Translations under genes and position numbers: made by a program
Source: an uncultured virus (IMG/VR IMGVR_UViG_3300028805_000002)
Taxonomy: Duplodnaviria; Heunggongvirae; Uroviricota; Caudoviricetes
DNA length: 64,000 nucleotides
Virus record (IMG/VR): IMGVR_UViG_3300028805_000002
Direction: 5' to 3' (one strand)
The notes under the pieces: generated by a model
What the model was told of the DNA's origin: nothing
Seen by the model: the letters and a program-made list of their open reading frames with translations, nothing else
The model's database searches: none
Part shown: in pieces, positions 1 to 10,475 of the stretch
Position numbering within the stretch: position 1 is the stretch's first letter
Layout: each line of letters starts with the position of its first letter

Positions 1-1329
1 TCAGACACATCACTTACACGTGGAGATTGGTATACTCTGTTGCCAGCAGATTATACGTGTAAGTATGTTGGAATTTCGATTTCAAGTTTATCTGGTACAT
101 ATTCAGCACACACAAGCGGTTTACTTGACCATGGACTTGTGATGATAATTGAAGATGCACCTGCTTGGGACGTAGGCTCTGAAGAGGCACAGCAAGCGAA
201 AACAGATAATCTTTTCAATCACTTGCAGTTGATTGACGAGTACACTCCTGTTGATATGGATATGCCGTCAGACCCTACGTTTGATTGTGGAGACAGAGTA
301 GAACTCGTTACAAAGAACGGAACAATCTACACGCTGATTACAAGTATAGAGTGGCGTTTCCATCAAGGAATGTCTATCGAGAGTAACGGACTTAATCCTT
401 ATCTTGAGGGCGCATCTGTTCTTGCTAATGAAAGTAGCCGTATTTTAGCACAAGCAGTAGAAAAGAGTAAGTTACAGTTTATCTCTTTTACGAACACAAG
501 GGAGCAAATCGCACGAGACGAGGAAACAGTGAAGATAGGTGAATGTATCTTCAACCCTAGTGCAAAGACAGACGCATTGTTTGTAGCAACTATTCTTGTG
601 GACGTAGATGTTGATGATATATCAACAACTACAACAGAAGAGGTTGATGTTCCTGTAAAAGCGTTTTACGGCGGTCAAGAAACTGTAATTACAGATATAC
701 ACGGAAATGCTGTATCACTTACAGGCACAGCAGAAAATACATATACGTATGAGCGTGACGGAAAGTGCGAGATAGATGTTTTCTATAAACTCAATTCAGA
801 AAGAGTTCCTAGTGACACAGAACCGTATACTGCTATTGAGGAGATAGAAAAGGGCAGGCACATTATAACTGTCGCATATCCGTTAGTTGCATTAGAACCA
901 CACATTAGATATGAGTTTGAAGTGTATATCACATCTAAAGGTGGTGTTACAACTGTTCCTATTAGAACATTACAGGCAAGTATCGTTGGTCAGGAACTCA
1001 CAGACATTACAGGATTTAGCGGACTTATCAGGGCAGAAGATGTTGACTTCGCACTTGATACGCTCACTGGTATTGGTGTTGTTAGAATAAGCGATACTGG
1101 AGACATTATTCTTAATGAAGTTCCTTACGCTAATGTTTCTGATAACATTTTATTGTATAATATTGATGATATTGGACAGTTACCGCTTGCAGAGGGAACA
1201 GGCTCGGCACAGCCACAAATCTTTATGCGTAGTGGTTTTGACTTATTGACAGAAGAAGATTTCTATTTTGCTCCTGAAAGTGGAAACGGAGCACGATTTA
1301 TAACTGAAGGACAGAGAGGTGACGAATAA
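1..1329 (+). CDS. Tail-associated structural protein (5'-truncated by window edge)
   Basis: Frame is open from base 1 to TAA at 1327-1329; acidic, beta-rich; first of a tightly coupled run of tail genes preceding the lysis cassette. Confidence 0.6.
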   Translation, partial: SDTSLTRGDWYTLLPADYTCKYVGISISSLSGTYSAHTSGLLDHGLVMIIEDAPAWDVGSEEAQQAKTDNLFNHLQLIDEYTPVDMDMPSDPTFDCGDRVELVTKNGTIYTLITSIEWRFHQGMSIESNGLNPYLEGASVLANESSRILAQAVEKSKLQFISFTNTREQIARDEETVKIGECIFNPSAKTDALFVATILVDVDVDDISTTTTEEVDVPVKAFYGGQETVITDIHGNAVSLTGTAENTYTYERDGKCEIDVFYKLNSERVPSDTEPYTAIEEIEKGRHIITVAYPLVALEPHIRYEFEVYITSKGGVTTVPIRTLQASIVGQELTDITGFSGLIRAEDVDFALDTLTGIGVVRISDTGDIILNEVPYANVSDNILLYNIDDIGQLPLAEGTGSAQPQIFMRSGFDLLTEEDFYFAPESGNGARFITEGQRGDE

Positions 1330-2072
1330 TGCCTGATACCTTTATTAGATTTTCTGATATGAAAGATAGCCACCCGTCTCCTATTGATGGTGCTAATGAC
1401 TTGCTTGCTATTGCTCATAAGGACATAAACAGTTCAACAGGGTATAACTCAATGACAGTTACCCCTAATGCCTTGGGTGCTCACGCAGTCGAAGACCAGA
1501 CATTCGTAAACCTTGAGACTGGTGCTAAGACTGTTGAGGGCGCTATAAATCAAGCGCTTGGTAATTTTGCAAACAAGTACGACGCAACACTCACATACGC
1601 AGTAAACGATTGTGTTTTGTATGCAGGAACACTTTATAAGTGTATCGTTGCGATTGATACTCCTGAAGCGTGGGATAGTACGCATTGGGAACAGATAAAA
1701 GCAACAGATGCGGTTATGTCGGCATACTCACATCAGTATTCAACAAGTGAGCAGATTGTCGGAACTTGGATTGACGGAACACCTGTTTATGAAAAGACTA
1801 TCTACAATGCTGGCGGTGTTTCGGGAAATTTCAACTTTCCCCACGGCATTACAAACTTCGGCAAACTTTTGAGTTATGAAGGCACTGTTTCAGATAGTTC
1901 TTTTGCTCAATATGGAGATATATGGGTTATTCCAAGAATTGCAAGCGATGGTAATTCAATCGGTATTGATAAGGTATCAACATCTTCAATCTATGTGATA
2001 AATCCTAACGCTTTCGGAACACGCTTGATAGATTGGTATATTACGATTAGATATACCAAGACCTCAACATAA
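1329..2072 (+). CDS. Tail fibre-like protein with CBM5/12-like module
   Basis: YDATLTYAVNDCVLYAGTLYKC...WDSTHW carbohydrate-binding-like motif; C-terminal YSTSEQIVGTWIDG...YTKT domain typical of Firmicutes phage fibre ends. Confidence 0.65.
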   Translation: MPDTFIRFSDMKDSHPSPIDGANDLLAIAHKDINSSTGYNSMTVTPNALGAHAVEDQTFVNLETGAKTVEGAINQALGNFANKYDATLTYAVNDCVLYAGTLYKCIVAIDTPEAWDSTHWEQIKATDAVMSAYSHQYSTSEQIVGTWIDGTPVYEKTIYNAGGVSGNFNFPHGITNFGKLLSYEGTVSDSSFAQYGDIWVIPRIASDGNSIGIDKVSTSSIYVINPNAFGTRLIDWYITIRYTKTST

Positions 2073-2101
2073 GAAGAGCATAAATTGGTGAGGAGGTTAA
2101 T

Positions 2102-3676
2102 ATGATAAAAGACACATACGAACTCAAAGGCTTTAATAACACAAAACTTCCTAAGTTAAAAGGACATCTGAAGATTACTCTGAAGAATGTTCATAACGGA
2201 AAGACTGAGGTTGTCGAGGGAGATAATATCGTAACTAATGCTGTTGCGGACATTTTTGCGCACAACTTCTTAGGAAAGTTAAACTATAATACTATGATGC
2301 CTCTTTGGTCAAAGTGGTATGGCGGTGTTTTGTGCTATCAAAATCCTCACCCGACTATTACAGTTGGGAACGAAGAAGTGCTTGACCCCGATAACTACTT
2401 TTTACACGGAGATAACCCTCTTACGGCTCACGCAGGAGGAACGACAATAGATGCCTCACACGATGATAACTTAAAGCGCGGTAATCCGACAACTGCGGTA
2501 TTTGAAATTACAGACCATTCAGTAAAGCAAGTATGGGAGTGGGGTACGACACACGGCAACGGAACAATCTCTGCACTGTCTCTTACACATAAAGATACAG
2601 GAGATGCAGGTCTTGGAAATGCGGGATATACATTTCAAAACTTTATCCCGTTTGAAACACTATTTTCTGAAAGCGTTGATACAGGCTTCTATCAGGGCGA
2701 CAGTGTTCTCTTTCAGTATGACGATAATCACGGTATTGCGTTCACAATGCAAGCAGACGGTACATACTGGAGTGATGACCCCTCACCAACAGACACAATC
2801 ACTTTCTATGTAAAGCGACTGCCTTATAACAAAGCAGGATTGTTTGAGACTGTGTACGCTAATAACGACAGCACACAAGTTAAGAAGTTCACAGTAGCCA
2901 CGTCTGTTACGTTTAGGAGAGACCCTTGTTATTACTGGGATGCTGATAATAAGAGATTGTGGCTCTTTACTAATATCACAGGCAATTCAGGCTATTCCCC
3001 TTATGTTGCTTGGAGTAAAACAACAATTAACTACTCTGTAATTGATTTGTCAGATTTAAACAACCCAACAGAGTATAGTCACGGAACACTTACAAGCGAT
3101 ACGTCAGACCTAGCACCAATAGGATATGGTATTATCGTTGGATTTGCACGTCAATATATCTCTATGCGTTATCAGGTAATCAAGGACGGTGATGCTTTTT
3201 GGTTTCCTCTCTGTGATAGTTGCTATTTTGACAGTAGTTCAGGTTACAGATTTGGTCTCAATGCAAAAGCATTTAAGAGAATAAGTACAACAAGTGCGGC
3301 TCAAATGACGAGCACCTTTAATCAAAACATAACAGCACTTGTTCCTGCATTTTACGGAGGAGACGGAGTAGTTGTTTCTGATGGCGGAGTTGTTTATGGG
3401 ACAGACGGATATAAGTGCGGAACTCTGTTTAACCCCACTGGTTCAGCACAAAACTTTAACACACGTGCATTTAATCATAACAATCTTCCTGTATCTTATG
3501 TTGTTGCTACGGATAGACAGAACTATCAATCTAGTACAGGTTTAGTTGGTGGTGCAAGATACATCCTTGCAAATAAGATGTTGAACACAACACTCTTTAA
3601 TCTGCCTACACCTATCATCAAGAGTGCGAGTCAGGCGATGACAGTGGAATATACGCTCACCGAAGTATCTTCTTAA
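2102..3676 (+). CDS. Tail/baseplate structural protein
   Basis: LKGHLKITLKN...GDNIVTNA N-terminus and K.ASQAMTVEYTL C-terminus typical of tail proteins; RBS GAGGAGG. Confidence 0.6.
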   Translation: MIKDTYELKGFNNTKLPKLKGHLKITLKNVHNGKTEVVEGDNIVTNAVADIFAHNFLGKLNYNTMMPLWSKWYGGVLCYQNPHPTITVGNEEVLDPDNYFLHGDNPLTAHAGGTTIDASHDDNLKRGNPTTAVFEITDHSVKQVWEWGTTHGNGTISALSLTHKDTGDAGLGNAGYTFQNFIPFETLFSESVDTGFYQGDSVLFQYDDNHGIAFTMQADGTYWSDDPSPTDTITFYVKRLPYNKAGLFETVYANNDSTQVKKFTVATSVTFRRDPCYYWDADNKRLWLFTNITGNSGYSPYVAWSKTTINYSVIDLSDLNNPTEYSHGTLTSDTSDLAPIGYGIIVGFARQYISMRYQVIKDGDAFWFPLCDSCYFDSSSGYRFGLNAKAFKRISTTSAAQMTSTFNQNITALVPAFYGGDGVVVSDGGVVYGTDGYKCGTLFNPTGSAQNFNTRAFNHNNLPVSYVVATDRQNYQSSTGLVGGARYILANKMLNTTLFNLPTPIIKSASQAMTVEYTLTEVSS

Positions 3677-3687
3677 GGAGGGAAAAT

Positions 3688-4029
3688 ATGAATATTATTC
3701 GCGGAACAACCCCAACAATTTGTGCTAACATTCAAAACGAGATTGATTTACACGATGTTACGCAGGTATGGTTTTATATAGCACAGCAAAAGAAGCCTAA
3801 GGTAGATAAGACCATTGACGATTGTGAGTTTGATTACGATAACAGAAAGATAATTGTAACACTCACGCAGGAAGACACGCTTAATTTAAAAGCGGGTGAG
3901 GCTATATTTCAGTTGCGTATATTACTTGCTGATGGAACGGCACTTGCTAATGAGGGAACTGATGCAGATATTTTAGAGGTTTACAAGCAAGGTGTTATCA
4001 CGGTTGAAGAGGAGGCTCAAGATGGCTGA
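3688..4029 (+). CDS. BppU-like baseplate adaptor protein
   Basis: IIRGTTPT...LTQEDTL...QLR pattern; lies just before the large fibre gene. Confidence 0.6.
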   Translation: MNIIRGTTPTICANIQNEIDLHDVTQVWFYIAQQKKPKVDKTIDDCEFDYDNRKIIVTLTQEDTLNLKAGEAIFQLRILLADGTALANEGTDADILEVYKQGVITVEEEAQDG

Positions 4030-6343
4030 CGTTGAATTAGATGTAACATTTGAAACGCTCAACAATCAAGTTTCTGCAAATTTTGGGACTGTTTATGTTA
4101 TAGATAATGGTGTTGCAGTAAAAATTATTGCAGACAAATATTCTAATACAAACACTTATGAAGTAGGAGATTACGTAATTGATAATGACTTATTGTATAA
4201 GTGTGTTACAGCCGTAGAAGAGCCTGAAGAGTTTGATACTGAGAAGTGGTCACTTGCTAAACTTGCTAACGATGTAAAGAACAAGGTTGAGACAACATAC
4301 GTTGACGAACAGTTAGAACTCAAAGCAGATAAGGACAACACCTATACCAAAAGCGAAGTTGATACTGCTTTAGACAGTAAAATGAATAAGGTAAACCCGA
4401 CAGGTACGGGTTCATTTAGCCTTAACCGAAAGGCTAACACAACTATTGGTGATAACAGTTTTGCGGCTGGTATGAACACAACGGCAAGTGGGCGAACTTC
4501 TTACGCAGAGGGAGTGCTCACAACGGCAAGCGGGCAAGGTTCGCATTCCGAGGGCTATCATACAACTGCTGAAGGGAATTATTCACACGCAGAGGGAAAC
4601 GACACGACCGCAAGCGGAATGTTTTCGCACGCAGAGGGATATGGAACAACCGCAAGCGGTAGAGCACAACACGTTTCGGGAAAATACAATATCGTTGATA
4701 ATAATAATGCTTATGCCGAGATAGTTGGCAATGGTGTTGATATTATAACACACTCTAATGCTCGTACACTTGACTGGCAGGGCAACGAAATGATTGCGGG
4801 TGATTTAACCTACAACGGAAACAAGAGCCTTACAAGCGAAATCTCACGCCTTGACGGACGCATTACAGACTTGCCAGAGGCTATGGTTTTCAAAGGCACT
4901 CTTGGAGTTGGCGGAACAGTTGAGACCTTGCCAACTGCAAGTGCTGAAAATGAGGGTTGGACTTTTAAGTGTATTACGGCAGGAACATACGCAGGACTGA
5001 CATTAAAGGTTGGTGATAGTGTTACCTGTTTCAATCCCCCGAATACAAGCGTTTATGAGTGGGATATATCAGGTCACGGAGATACAGATACCGATACTTG
5101 GAGAGCAATAAAGGTCAACGGAACAGAAGTGCTTGGCAACGGCATTAGTAGTGGTGCGGTTGATTTTGTCGGTTCTGAAAATATCGAAGTCGATTTTGAC
5201 GGCAACGGCAACAAGGTTGGTGTTAAGACAAAGAATATCTACACTAAAGCGGAGGTTGATGATATTGTTTACAACATTCTGCCTGATGATACCGCAAGCG
5301 GTTCTGTTGCTAATTTTGAAACAGACCTCACTCTGCCTTTAAAGTCGTTAGAGGTTGATATAAATGCGGTGCAGGAAAGCGGAACACCTACGCCTGCCTC
5401 GCCTTTACCGATAAGTGGTTGGAGCGAGATTAGCCTTTATCATAGAGGCGCGAACCTTTTTAACAAGGCAACTGTTATTAACGGATATTATATAGCCGAT
5501 ACTGATGGAATAGCAAAATCTGATGCAAATTCTAAATGCACAGATTTTATTGAGGTTAAAGGCGGTGCTACTTATGCCATAATGACAGAACAAACAAGTG
5601 GCGGTTGGGGTGCTTGGTATGATAAGAATAAGAACTTTATAAGTGCTATTACAGGTTATGCAAAAGCGACACCGACAACCTATACCGCACCAAGCAACGC
5701 CTTTTTTGCTCGATTGACTTGTTATCGTGCGGGTGTTGGAAACATTGACACATTTGCATTTAACACACCAAGAACGGCAACAACTTACGAACAATACGCA
5801 GGCACAACCGAAGTAATACAACTCGGTGGCACTTACTATGGCGGTCATTTCACGCAGGACAAGGACGGACATAGGCAGTTTGAGGTAACACACGGAATTG
5901 CGTTAATACCTGATTTAACCCTTTCTTACTCAAACAATAGCGGTAATTGGGAGAATTATTTGTTCTATGGTATTGTATCAGGCAAATCAAGAGGAAAAGC
6001 GGTAAAGTGCTCAAAATACGAGCCTGTAACAGGAGTAGTGGAGAGAAATTTACCAAACGAAAAATTGCTTGCACCAACTTGGAATGATTATATTTATATC
6101 CGTGATGATGCCTATACAACAGTTGCAGATTTCAAAACGGCAAATGCAAATACGCAGTTGGTTTACGAACTTGCAACACCTTACACAATCGACTTACCTG
6201 ACGGAGAGCCTATCATCACGCTTAACGGCACGAATAATATCTTTGCAGATACAGGTGATACGAGTGTGGTGTTCAAGGTGAGCGTTAATGGTTATGTTGA
6301 GAAGAAGATAGCAAGCGTACAGGCATTGACACTTAACACATAA
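4022..6343 (+). CDS. Receptor-binding tail fibre with YadA-like head repeats
   Basis: About six tandem 14-aa S[HY]AEG..TTA[SE]G repeats (~4445-4680); N-terminal CBM-like motif; start ATG 4022 after GGAGG. Confidence 0.75.
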   Translation: MADVELDVTFETLNNQVSANFGTVYVIDNGVAVKIIADKYSNTNTYEVGDYVIDNDLLYKCVTAVEEPEEFDTEKWSLAKLANDVKNKVETTYVDEQLELKADKDNTYTKSEVDTALDSKMNKVNPTGTGSFSLNRKANTTIGDNSFAAGMNTTASGRTSYAEGVLTTASGQGSHSEGYHTTAEGNYSHAEGNDTTASGMFSHAEGYGTTASGRAQHVSGKYNIVDNNNAYAEIVGNGVDIITHSNARTLDWQGNEMIAGDLTYNGNKSLTSEISRLDGRITDLPEAMVFKGTLGVGGTVETLPTASAENEGWTFKCITAGTYAGLTLKVGDSVTCFNPPNTSVYEWDISGHGDTDTDTWRAIKVNGTEVLGNGISSGAVDFVGSENIEVDFDGNGNKVGVKTKNIYTKAEVDDIVYNILPDDTASGSVANFETDLTLPLKSLEVDINAVQESGTPTPASPLPISGWSEISLYHRGANLFNKATVINGYYIADTDGIAKSDANSKCTDFIEVKGGATYAIMTEQTSGGWGAWYDKNKNFISAITGYAKATPTTYTAPSNAFFARLTCYRAGVGNIDTFAFNTPRTATTYEQYAGTTEVIQLGGTYYGGHFTQDKDGHRQFEVTHGIALIPDLTLSYSNNSGNWENYLFYGIVSGKSRGKAVKCSKYEPVTGVVERNLPNEKLLAPTWNDYIYIRDDAYTTVADFKTANANTQLVYELATPYTIDLPDGEPIITLNGTNNIFADTGDTSVVFKVSVNGYVEKKIASVQALTLNT

Positions 6344-6356
6344 GGAGGAACAGAAA

Positions 6357-6557
6357 ATGAAGAAGAGAGAAAAGAGAGTTATTGACGCATTTGTAAACTG
6401 CATTAAACACGGTGAGTTTACGGTTGATTATGCTGATGTTCTGATTGCAGACCAAAGCAAGTATGGTTGGCTTTCAGAGGCGGCACTTGAATACTACGAG
6501 AAACAGACAGAACAGTTCAGACCTGTTGAGGAAGACGAAAGTGTTTATGAGGAATAA
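6357..6557 (+). CDS. Small tail-associated hypothetical protein
   Basis: RBS AAGGAGG; follows the fibre gene. Confidence 0.55.
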   Translation: MKKREKRVIDAFVNCIKHGEFTVDYADVLIADQSKYGWLSEAALEYYEKQTEQFRPVEEDESVYEE

Positions 6558-6629
6558 TATCAAATAAGTTACACATTTGATACCATAAAATGCTATAATA
6601 AAGAAAAATGGGTAAGGAGGGCAAACACA

Positions 6630-6878
6630 ATGGACAGCGAGGTTCTTGTTGCAATCATAGCCCTTATAGGAACAGTTACGGGTTCAATAAGTGGTATTAT
6701 GATTTCAAGCAAACTCTCTAACTATCGTATTGAGCAATTAGAGATTAAACTTGATAAGTATATTAGTAATCAGGATAAACTCAAAGATAAGGTTTTACTT
6801 CTGGAAAAAGATATATTAACATTCAGAGAAAAACTGGAAGATATTGAAAAGCAAGTTCAAAAGTTACTTGACGTATGA
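6630..6878 (+). CDS. Holin-like/XhlA-like membrane protein
   Basis: N-terminal transmembrane helix followed by YRIEQLE coiled coil; lysis cassette position. Confidence 0.6.
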   Translation: MDSEVLVAIIALIGTVTGSISGIMISSKLSNYRIEQLEIKLDKYISNQDKLKDKVLLLEKDILTFREKLEDIEKQVQKLLDV

Positions 6879-6982
6879 TAGATTACGAGTTTTGGACGCT
6901 TGTTTTAATTATACTACTTTGTGGAATATTTGCATTTATGGCAATATTTATACGAAACGATAAAGGAGGAGACAAACAATGA
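6875..6982 (+). CDS. 35-aa single-TM peptide in lysis cassette (not in ORF track)
   Basis: MIDYEFWTLVLIILLCGIFAFMAIFIRND...; ATGA overlaps with both neighbours. Confidence 0.4.
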   Translation: MIDYEFWTLVLIILLCGIFAFMAIFIRNDKGGDKQ

Positions 6983-7266
6983 ACATTACAGAAATCGTAA
7001 CAGTGCCGGTTATTGTGGGTTTTTGTTATCTTGTAGGCTACATCATCAAGTTGTTCAAGGACGAGAAACTAAATGATTTTATCCCTGGCATTTGTGCAAT
7101 CGTGGGTGTTATTTTGGGTCTTGTGTCGTTCTATACAATCCCCAACCTTATCCCTGCATCTGATTGGCTTACTGCAAGTGTAATCGGTGGATTTTCTGGT
7201 CTTGCCGCAACAGGTGTAAATCAGGTTGTTAAGAAACTCAAAGCACTGTTTAACGACGAGGGTTAA
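6979..7266 (+). CDS. Holin
   Basis: Three hydrophobic helices, GLAATGVNQ motif, immediately before the endolysin. Confidence 0.85.
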   Translation: MNITEIVTVPVIVGFCYLVGYIIKLFKDEKLNDFIPGICAIVGVILGLVSFYTIPNLIPASDWLTASVIGGFSGLAATGVNQVVKKLKALFNDEG

Positions 7267-7269
7267 AAT

Positions 7270-8031
7270 ATGGCTATTGAAAGAACGGCTCAAAATCTTG
7301 CTACGTTTTGCTTGCAAGTAGTAGGTACTGCCTATTGGATGGGTTGTTTCGGACAAAGAGCCAGCCGTAGTCTGTATAATCAGAAGAAGTCTGACTACCC
7401 TCAATACTACCCACCCAAGAGTTGGACTGAGGCAAGTTTCGTTGATGATTTCGGAAAGCCTGTGACAGACTGTGCAGGGTTAATCAAGTGGTTCTTATGG
7501 TCTGATAATATGACAAACAAGAACCCTACATACAAGGCTTCTGAAGATTGGGGTGCAACCACAATGTTCAAGAACTGCACAGAGACAGGAAAGATAGGTT
7601 CTTTACCCAAAGAAAAAGTCGGCATACTTGTATTCAATGGAGACGCAAGCACTAAGAAACACGTTGGCGTTATTGTAGACAACAACGGAACAGTAGTCGA
7701 GGCAAAGGGTCACGCATACGGAACGATTAAATCAAATGCGAGTTCTTGGGATTATTGGGGAAAACTCAGACTTATTAAGTATGAGAGCACACCACAGCCT
7801 GCTCCAGAACCGACACCCGAGCCAGAACCCGTTACAGTAAAGACATATAAGGTAGTCAACATTCATACATACTTGGCTATCAGAAGTACGCCTGTGGTCA
7901 CTTCTAATGATGCAAACCTTGTTGGAAAACTCTTTAATGGTGCGTTAGTATCTGTTTTTGAAACAAAGGGTAACTGGGCAAAGATAGGAAGCGGTATGTG
8001 GGTATCTATGTCGTATCTTAGAGCGGTATGA
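7270..8031 (+). CDS. Endolysin: NlpC/P60-type peptidase, Pro-rich linker and SH3b domain
   Basis: DCAGLIK catalytic Cys, HVGV His, VVEAKG; PEP linker; C-terminal SH3-like GNWAKI...WVSMSYL. Confidence 0.85.
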   Translation: MAIERTAQNLATFCLQVVGTAYWMGCFGQRASRSLYNQKKSDYPQYYPPKSWTEASFVDDFGKPVTDCAGLIKWFLWSDNMTNKNPTYKASEDWGATTMFKNCTETGKIGSLPKEKVGILVFNGDASTKKHVGVIVDNNGTVVEAKGHAYGTIKSNASSWDYWGKLRLIKYESTPQPAPEPTPEPEPVTVKTYKVVNIHTYLAIRSTPVVTSNDANLVGKLFNGALVSVFETKGNWAKIGSGMWVSMSYLRAV

Positions 8032-8228
8032 AACTGTATGACTTTGTAGAGAAGGAACTGGAGAGATTTAGAAAGGAGTGCAACTTTACTCCAGATGAAC
8101 TCGAATATTTCAATCTTCGGGCAAAGCATTATAGCAACTTCCAAATCTCATTGAAGATGAACGTATCAGAAAGTAAAGTTTCAAAACTCGCAAAGTCAGT
8201 AAAGAACAAGATACTTAGGGTAATTTAA
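8028..8228 (+). CDS. Small stand-alone LuxR/GerE-like HTH protein
   Basis: FTPDE...SNFQISLKMNVSESKV HTH pattern. Confidence 0.6.
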   Translation: MKLYDFVEKELERFRKECNFTPDELEYFNLRAKHYSNFQISLKMNVSESKVSKLAKSVKNKILRVI

Positions 8229-8252
8229 GTACAATTTTTAAAACTTTTTTGA

Positions 8253-8283
8253 AAAGCAATCGTACAAATACGGTTGCTTTTTT
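8253..8283 (+). terminator. Rho-independent terminator
   Basis: AAGCAATCGTA-caaa-TACGGTTGCTT followed by a T run. Confidence 0.75.
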
Positions 8284-8419
8284 ATTTGTATGCTTATGTC
8301 AAAGGGGAAGGTAATTATGAGAGACATAAGCAACGAACTATTAGAAATAATGGAACGCTACAAATGTAACGAAGTAATTGCTTTCCTTATTTTAATACAG
8401 AGCGAGAAGGTATAAGTCT

Positions 8420-8800
8420 GTGGGTTGGCAATACTATAATCCTAATCCTAAAGCAAATCTTGTAGGTGACTGTGTTGTACGAGCAATCTCGTTGGCTCTT
8501 AATCAAGATTGGGACACATCTTACTTAGGTGTAACTACGCAAGGATATGAATTAAAAGATATGCCATCTTCAAATGCTATTTGGAGTGCTTACTTAAAGC
8601 ATAACGGGTTTAAACGCTACATCATTCCAGACACTTGCCCTGATTGTTATACGGTTAAAGATTTTTGTATTGACAATCCTGAAGGCTTGTATCTTCTTGC
8701 AACAGGCACGCACGTTGTTACTTGTGTAAATGGTGATTACTACGACACTTGGGACAGCGGTAACGAAATTCCAATCTATTACTTTAAGAAGGAGAACTGA
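8420..8800 (+). CDS. Conserved hypothetical protein, possible papain-like Cys/His fold
   Basis: NPNP...GDCVVRAI and THVV...YYDTWDSG motifs. Confidence 0.55.
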   Translation: MGWQYYNPNPKANLVGDCVVRAISLALNQDWDTSYLGVTTQGYELKDMPSSNAIWSAYLKHNGFKRYIIPDTCPDCYTVKDFCIDNPEGLYLLATGTHVVTCVNGDYYDTWDSGNEIPIYYFKKEN

Positions 8801-8802
8801 CA

Positions 8803-9207
8803 ATGGCATTTGGTTACAATCCGTATCAACAGTATTATCAACCCACACAGCAGTATATGCCACAAATGGTTACTAATAATACGCAACAGCAAAATGATGG
8901 CATCACCTGGGTTCAAGGAGAAAACTCTGCAAAATCTTATCCAGTAGCGGCAGGGAGAAGTGTGCTTTTAATGGACAGCGAAAGTCCTGTTATGTATATC
9001 AAGTCAACAGACCAATCAGGTGTTCCTTTGCCGTTGAGAATTTTTGACTACAAAGAACGCTCACAATCGAGTTCTAACGCACAAGAGCAAAAAACAGAAT
9101 ATATCTCACGAAACGAGTTTGACGCGTTTAGAAACGAAATCAGAGCGGAATTAAAGCAATCTAAACAACAGACTAATAACACATATAAGAAAAATAAGGA
9201 GGAGTGA
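8803..9207 (+). CDS. Hypothetical protein with Gln/Tyr-rich N-terminus
   Basis: RBS AAGGAG; WVQGE..AKSYPVA motif. Confidence 0.6.
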   Translation: MAFGYNPYQQYYQPTQQYMPQMVTNNTQQQNDGITWVQGENSAKSYPVAAGRSVLLMDSESPVMYIKSTDQSGVPLPLRIFDYKERSQSSSNAQEQKTEYISRNEFDAFRNEIRAELKQSKQQTNNTYKKNKEE

Positions 9208-9449
9208 TTATGAGTTCACCTCTTTATCAGCAACTTCAACCGCATAATAACTTTATAAGTATGCTCAATCAATTTAAGCAAAACCCAATGTCTATGCTTT
9301 CTCGTAAGTATAACATTCCACAAGATATGACAGACCCAAACCAAATACTTCAGTATTTGCTTAACAGCGGTCAGGTAAGTCAAGAACAGATAAACAGGGT
9401 TATGAAGATGAAGAATGACCCACAATTTCAAAACTTAATTAAGAACTAA
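9204..9449 (+). CDS. Hypothetical Gln/Asn/Met-rich protein
   Basis: Coupled ORF; DPNQILQYLLNSGQVSQEQ. Confidence 0.6.
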   Translation: MIMSSPLYQQLQPHNNFISMLNQFKQNPMSMLSRKYNIPQDMTDPNQILQYLLNSGQVSQEQINRVMKMKNDPQFQNLIKN

Positions 9450-9608
9450 TTAAAAGCGACTCCGCTAAGATATGGGAAGGTAGCACGGAGTCGCTCTCAG
9501 GAAGTAAAAACCGAATGAGAAGTCTAATCACATTGGATATTTCTATTTTAATTCAGTTTTCTATTAGTTGCAACAGTAGATATAAAAATTTATGAAAGGA
9601 GAACTATT

Positions 9609-10460
9609 ATGACTAATGGTTCAGAACAAATGGTAATGCCAGTAGCACCTATGTACGGAAGTGGAAGCAACGGTTTCGGCTCTTGGGGCGGGGACGGTTG
9701 GTGGATTTTACTTCTTCTCTTGTTCGCAGGCGGCGGCTGGGGTAACGGCTTCGGCGGCGGTTTCGGAAACGCTATGTTAGGTTACGATTTTCCTTGGCTT
9801 CTTAATGGACAGTCTGGAATTAACGCAAACACTAACAACGGATTCCAGAACGCTCTGCTCAACGACAATGTTACTTCCATTCGTGATGGAGTATCTGCAT
9901 TATCCACTCAACTCTGTAATTGTTGCGGAGATATTTCTCAGCAGTTGTGTAGCGGATTTGCTGGCGTAACCGCATCTGTAAACGGTGCGCAGAACGCCGT
10001 AGCACAGCAACTTTACACCAATCAGATTGCAGATATGGAAAGAAGTTTCAATGCTCAGACAGCCTCTACACAGGGTATGCAGGCAATTCAGTCTCAGTTG
10101 GCACAGTGTTGCTGTGATAACAAAGCCGCAACGGCAGATGTTAAGTACACAATCGCAACAGAGGCTTGCAATACAAGACAGGCAAATACTGCCAATACTC
10201 AGGCTATTCTTGACAAACTTTGTCAACTTGAACTCGATGGCTATAAGAGGGAGAACGACAATCTCCGTACTCAACTCAATATGGCTACTCTGTCTGCTAG
10301 CCAGACGGCACAGAACGCATTTATCCAAAAGGGTTTCTCTGATGAGGTTGATGCGCTCTACAATAGGCTTTCTAACTGCCCTGTTCCGTCAACACCCGTT
10401 TACGGCAGAACTCCAATTTTCACTTGCAATCAGAATGTAGGTTGCGGTTGCGGAATGTAA
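9609..10460 (+). CDS. Gly-rich membrane-anchored coiled-coil protein with Cys-Cys motifs
   Basis: GGDGWWILLLLLFAGGGWG, CNCC, QCCCD, C-terminal CGCG; strong RBS. Confidence 0.65.
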   Translation: MTNGSEQMVMPVAPMYGSGSNGFGSWGGDGWWILLLLLFAGGGWGNGFGGGFGNAMLGYDFPWLLNGQSGINANTNNGFQNALLNDNVTSIRDGVSALSTQLCNCCGDISQQLCSGFAGVTASVNGAQNAVAQQLYTNQIADMERSFNAQTASTQGMQAIQSQLAQCCCDNKAATADVKYTIATEACNTRQANTANTQAILDKLCQLELDGYKRENDNLRTQLNMATLSASQTAQNAFIQKGFSDEVDALYNRLSNCPVPSTPVYGRTPIFTCNQNVGCGCGM

Positions 10461-10475
10461 TGTGAGGTGATACGT

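Noticed and set aside
1329..6343. Diversity-generating retroelement acting on tail fibres
   Set aside because: No reverse transcriptase and no template/variable repeat pair seen in the window.
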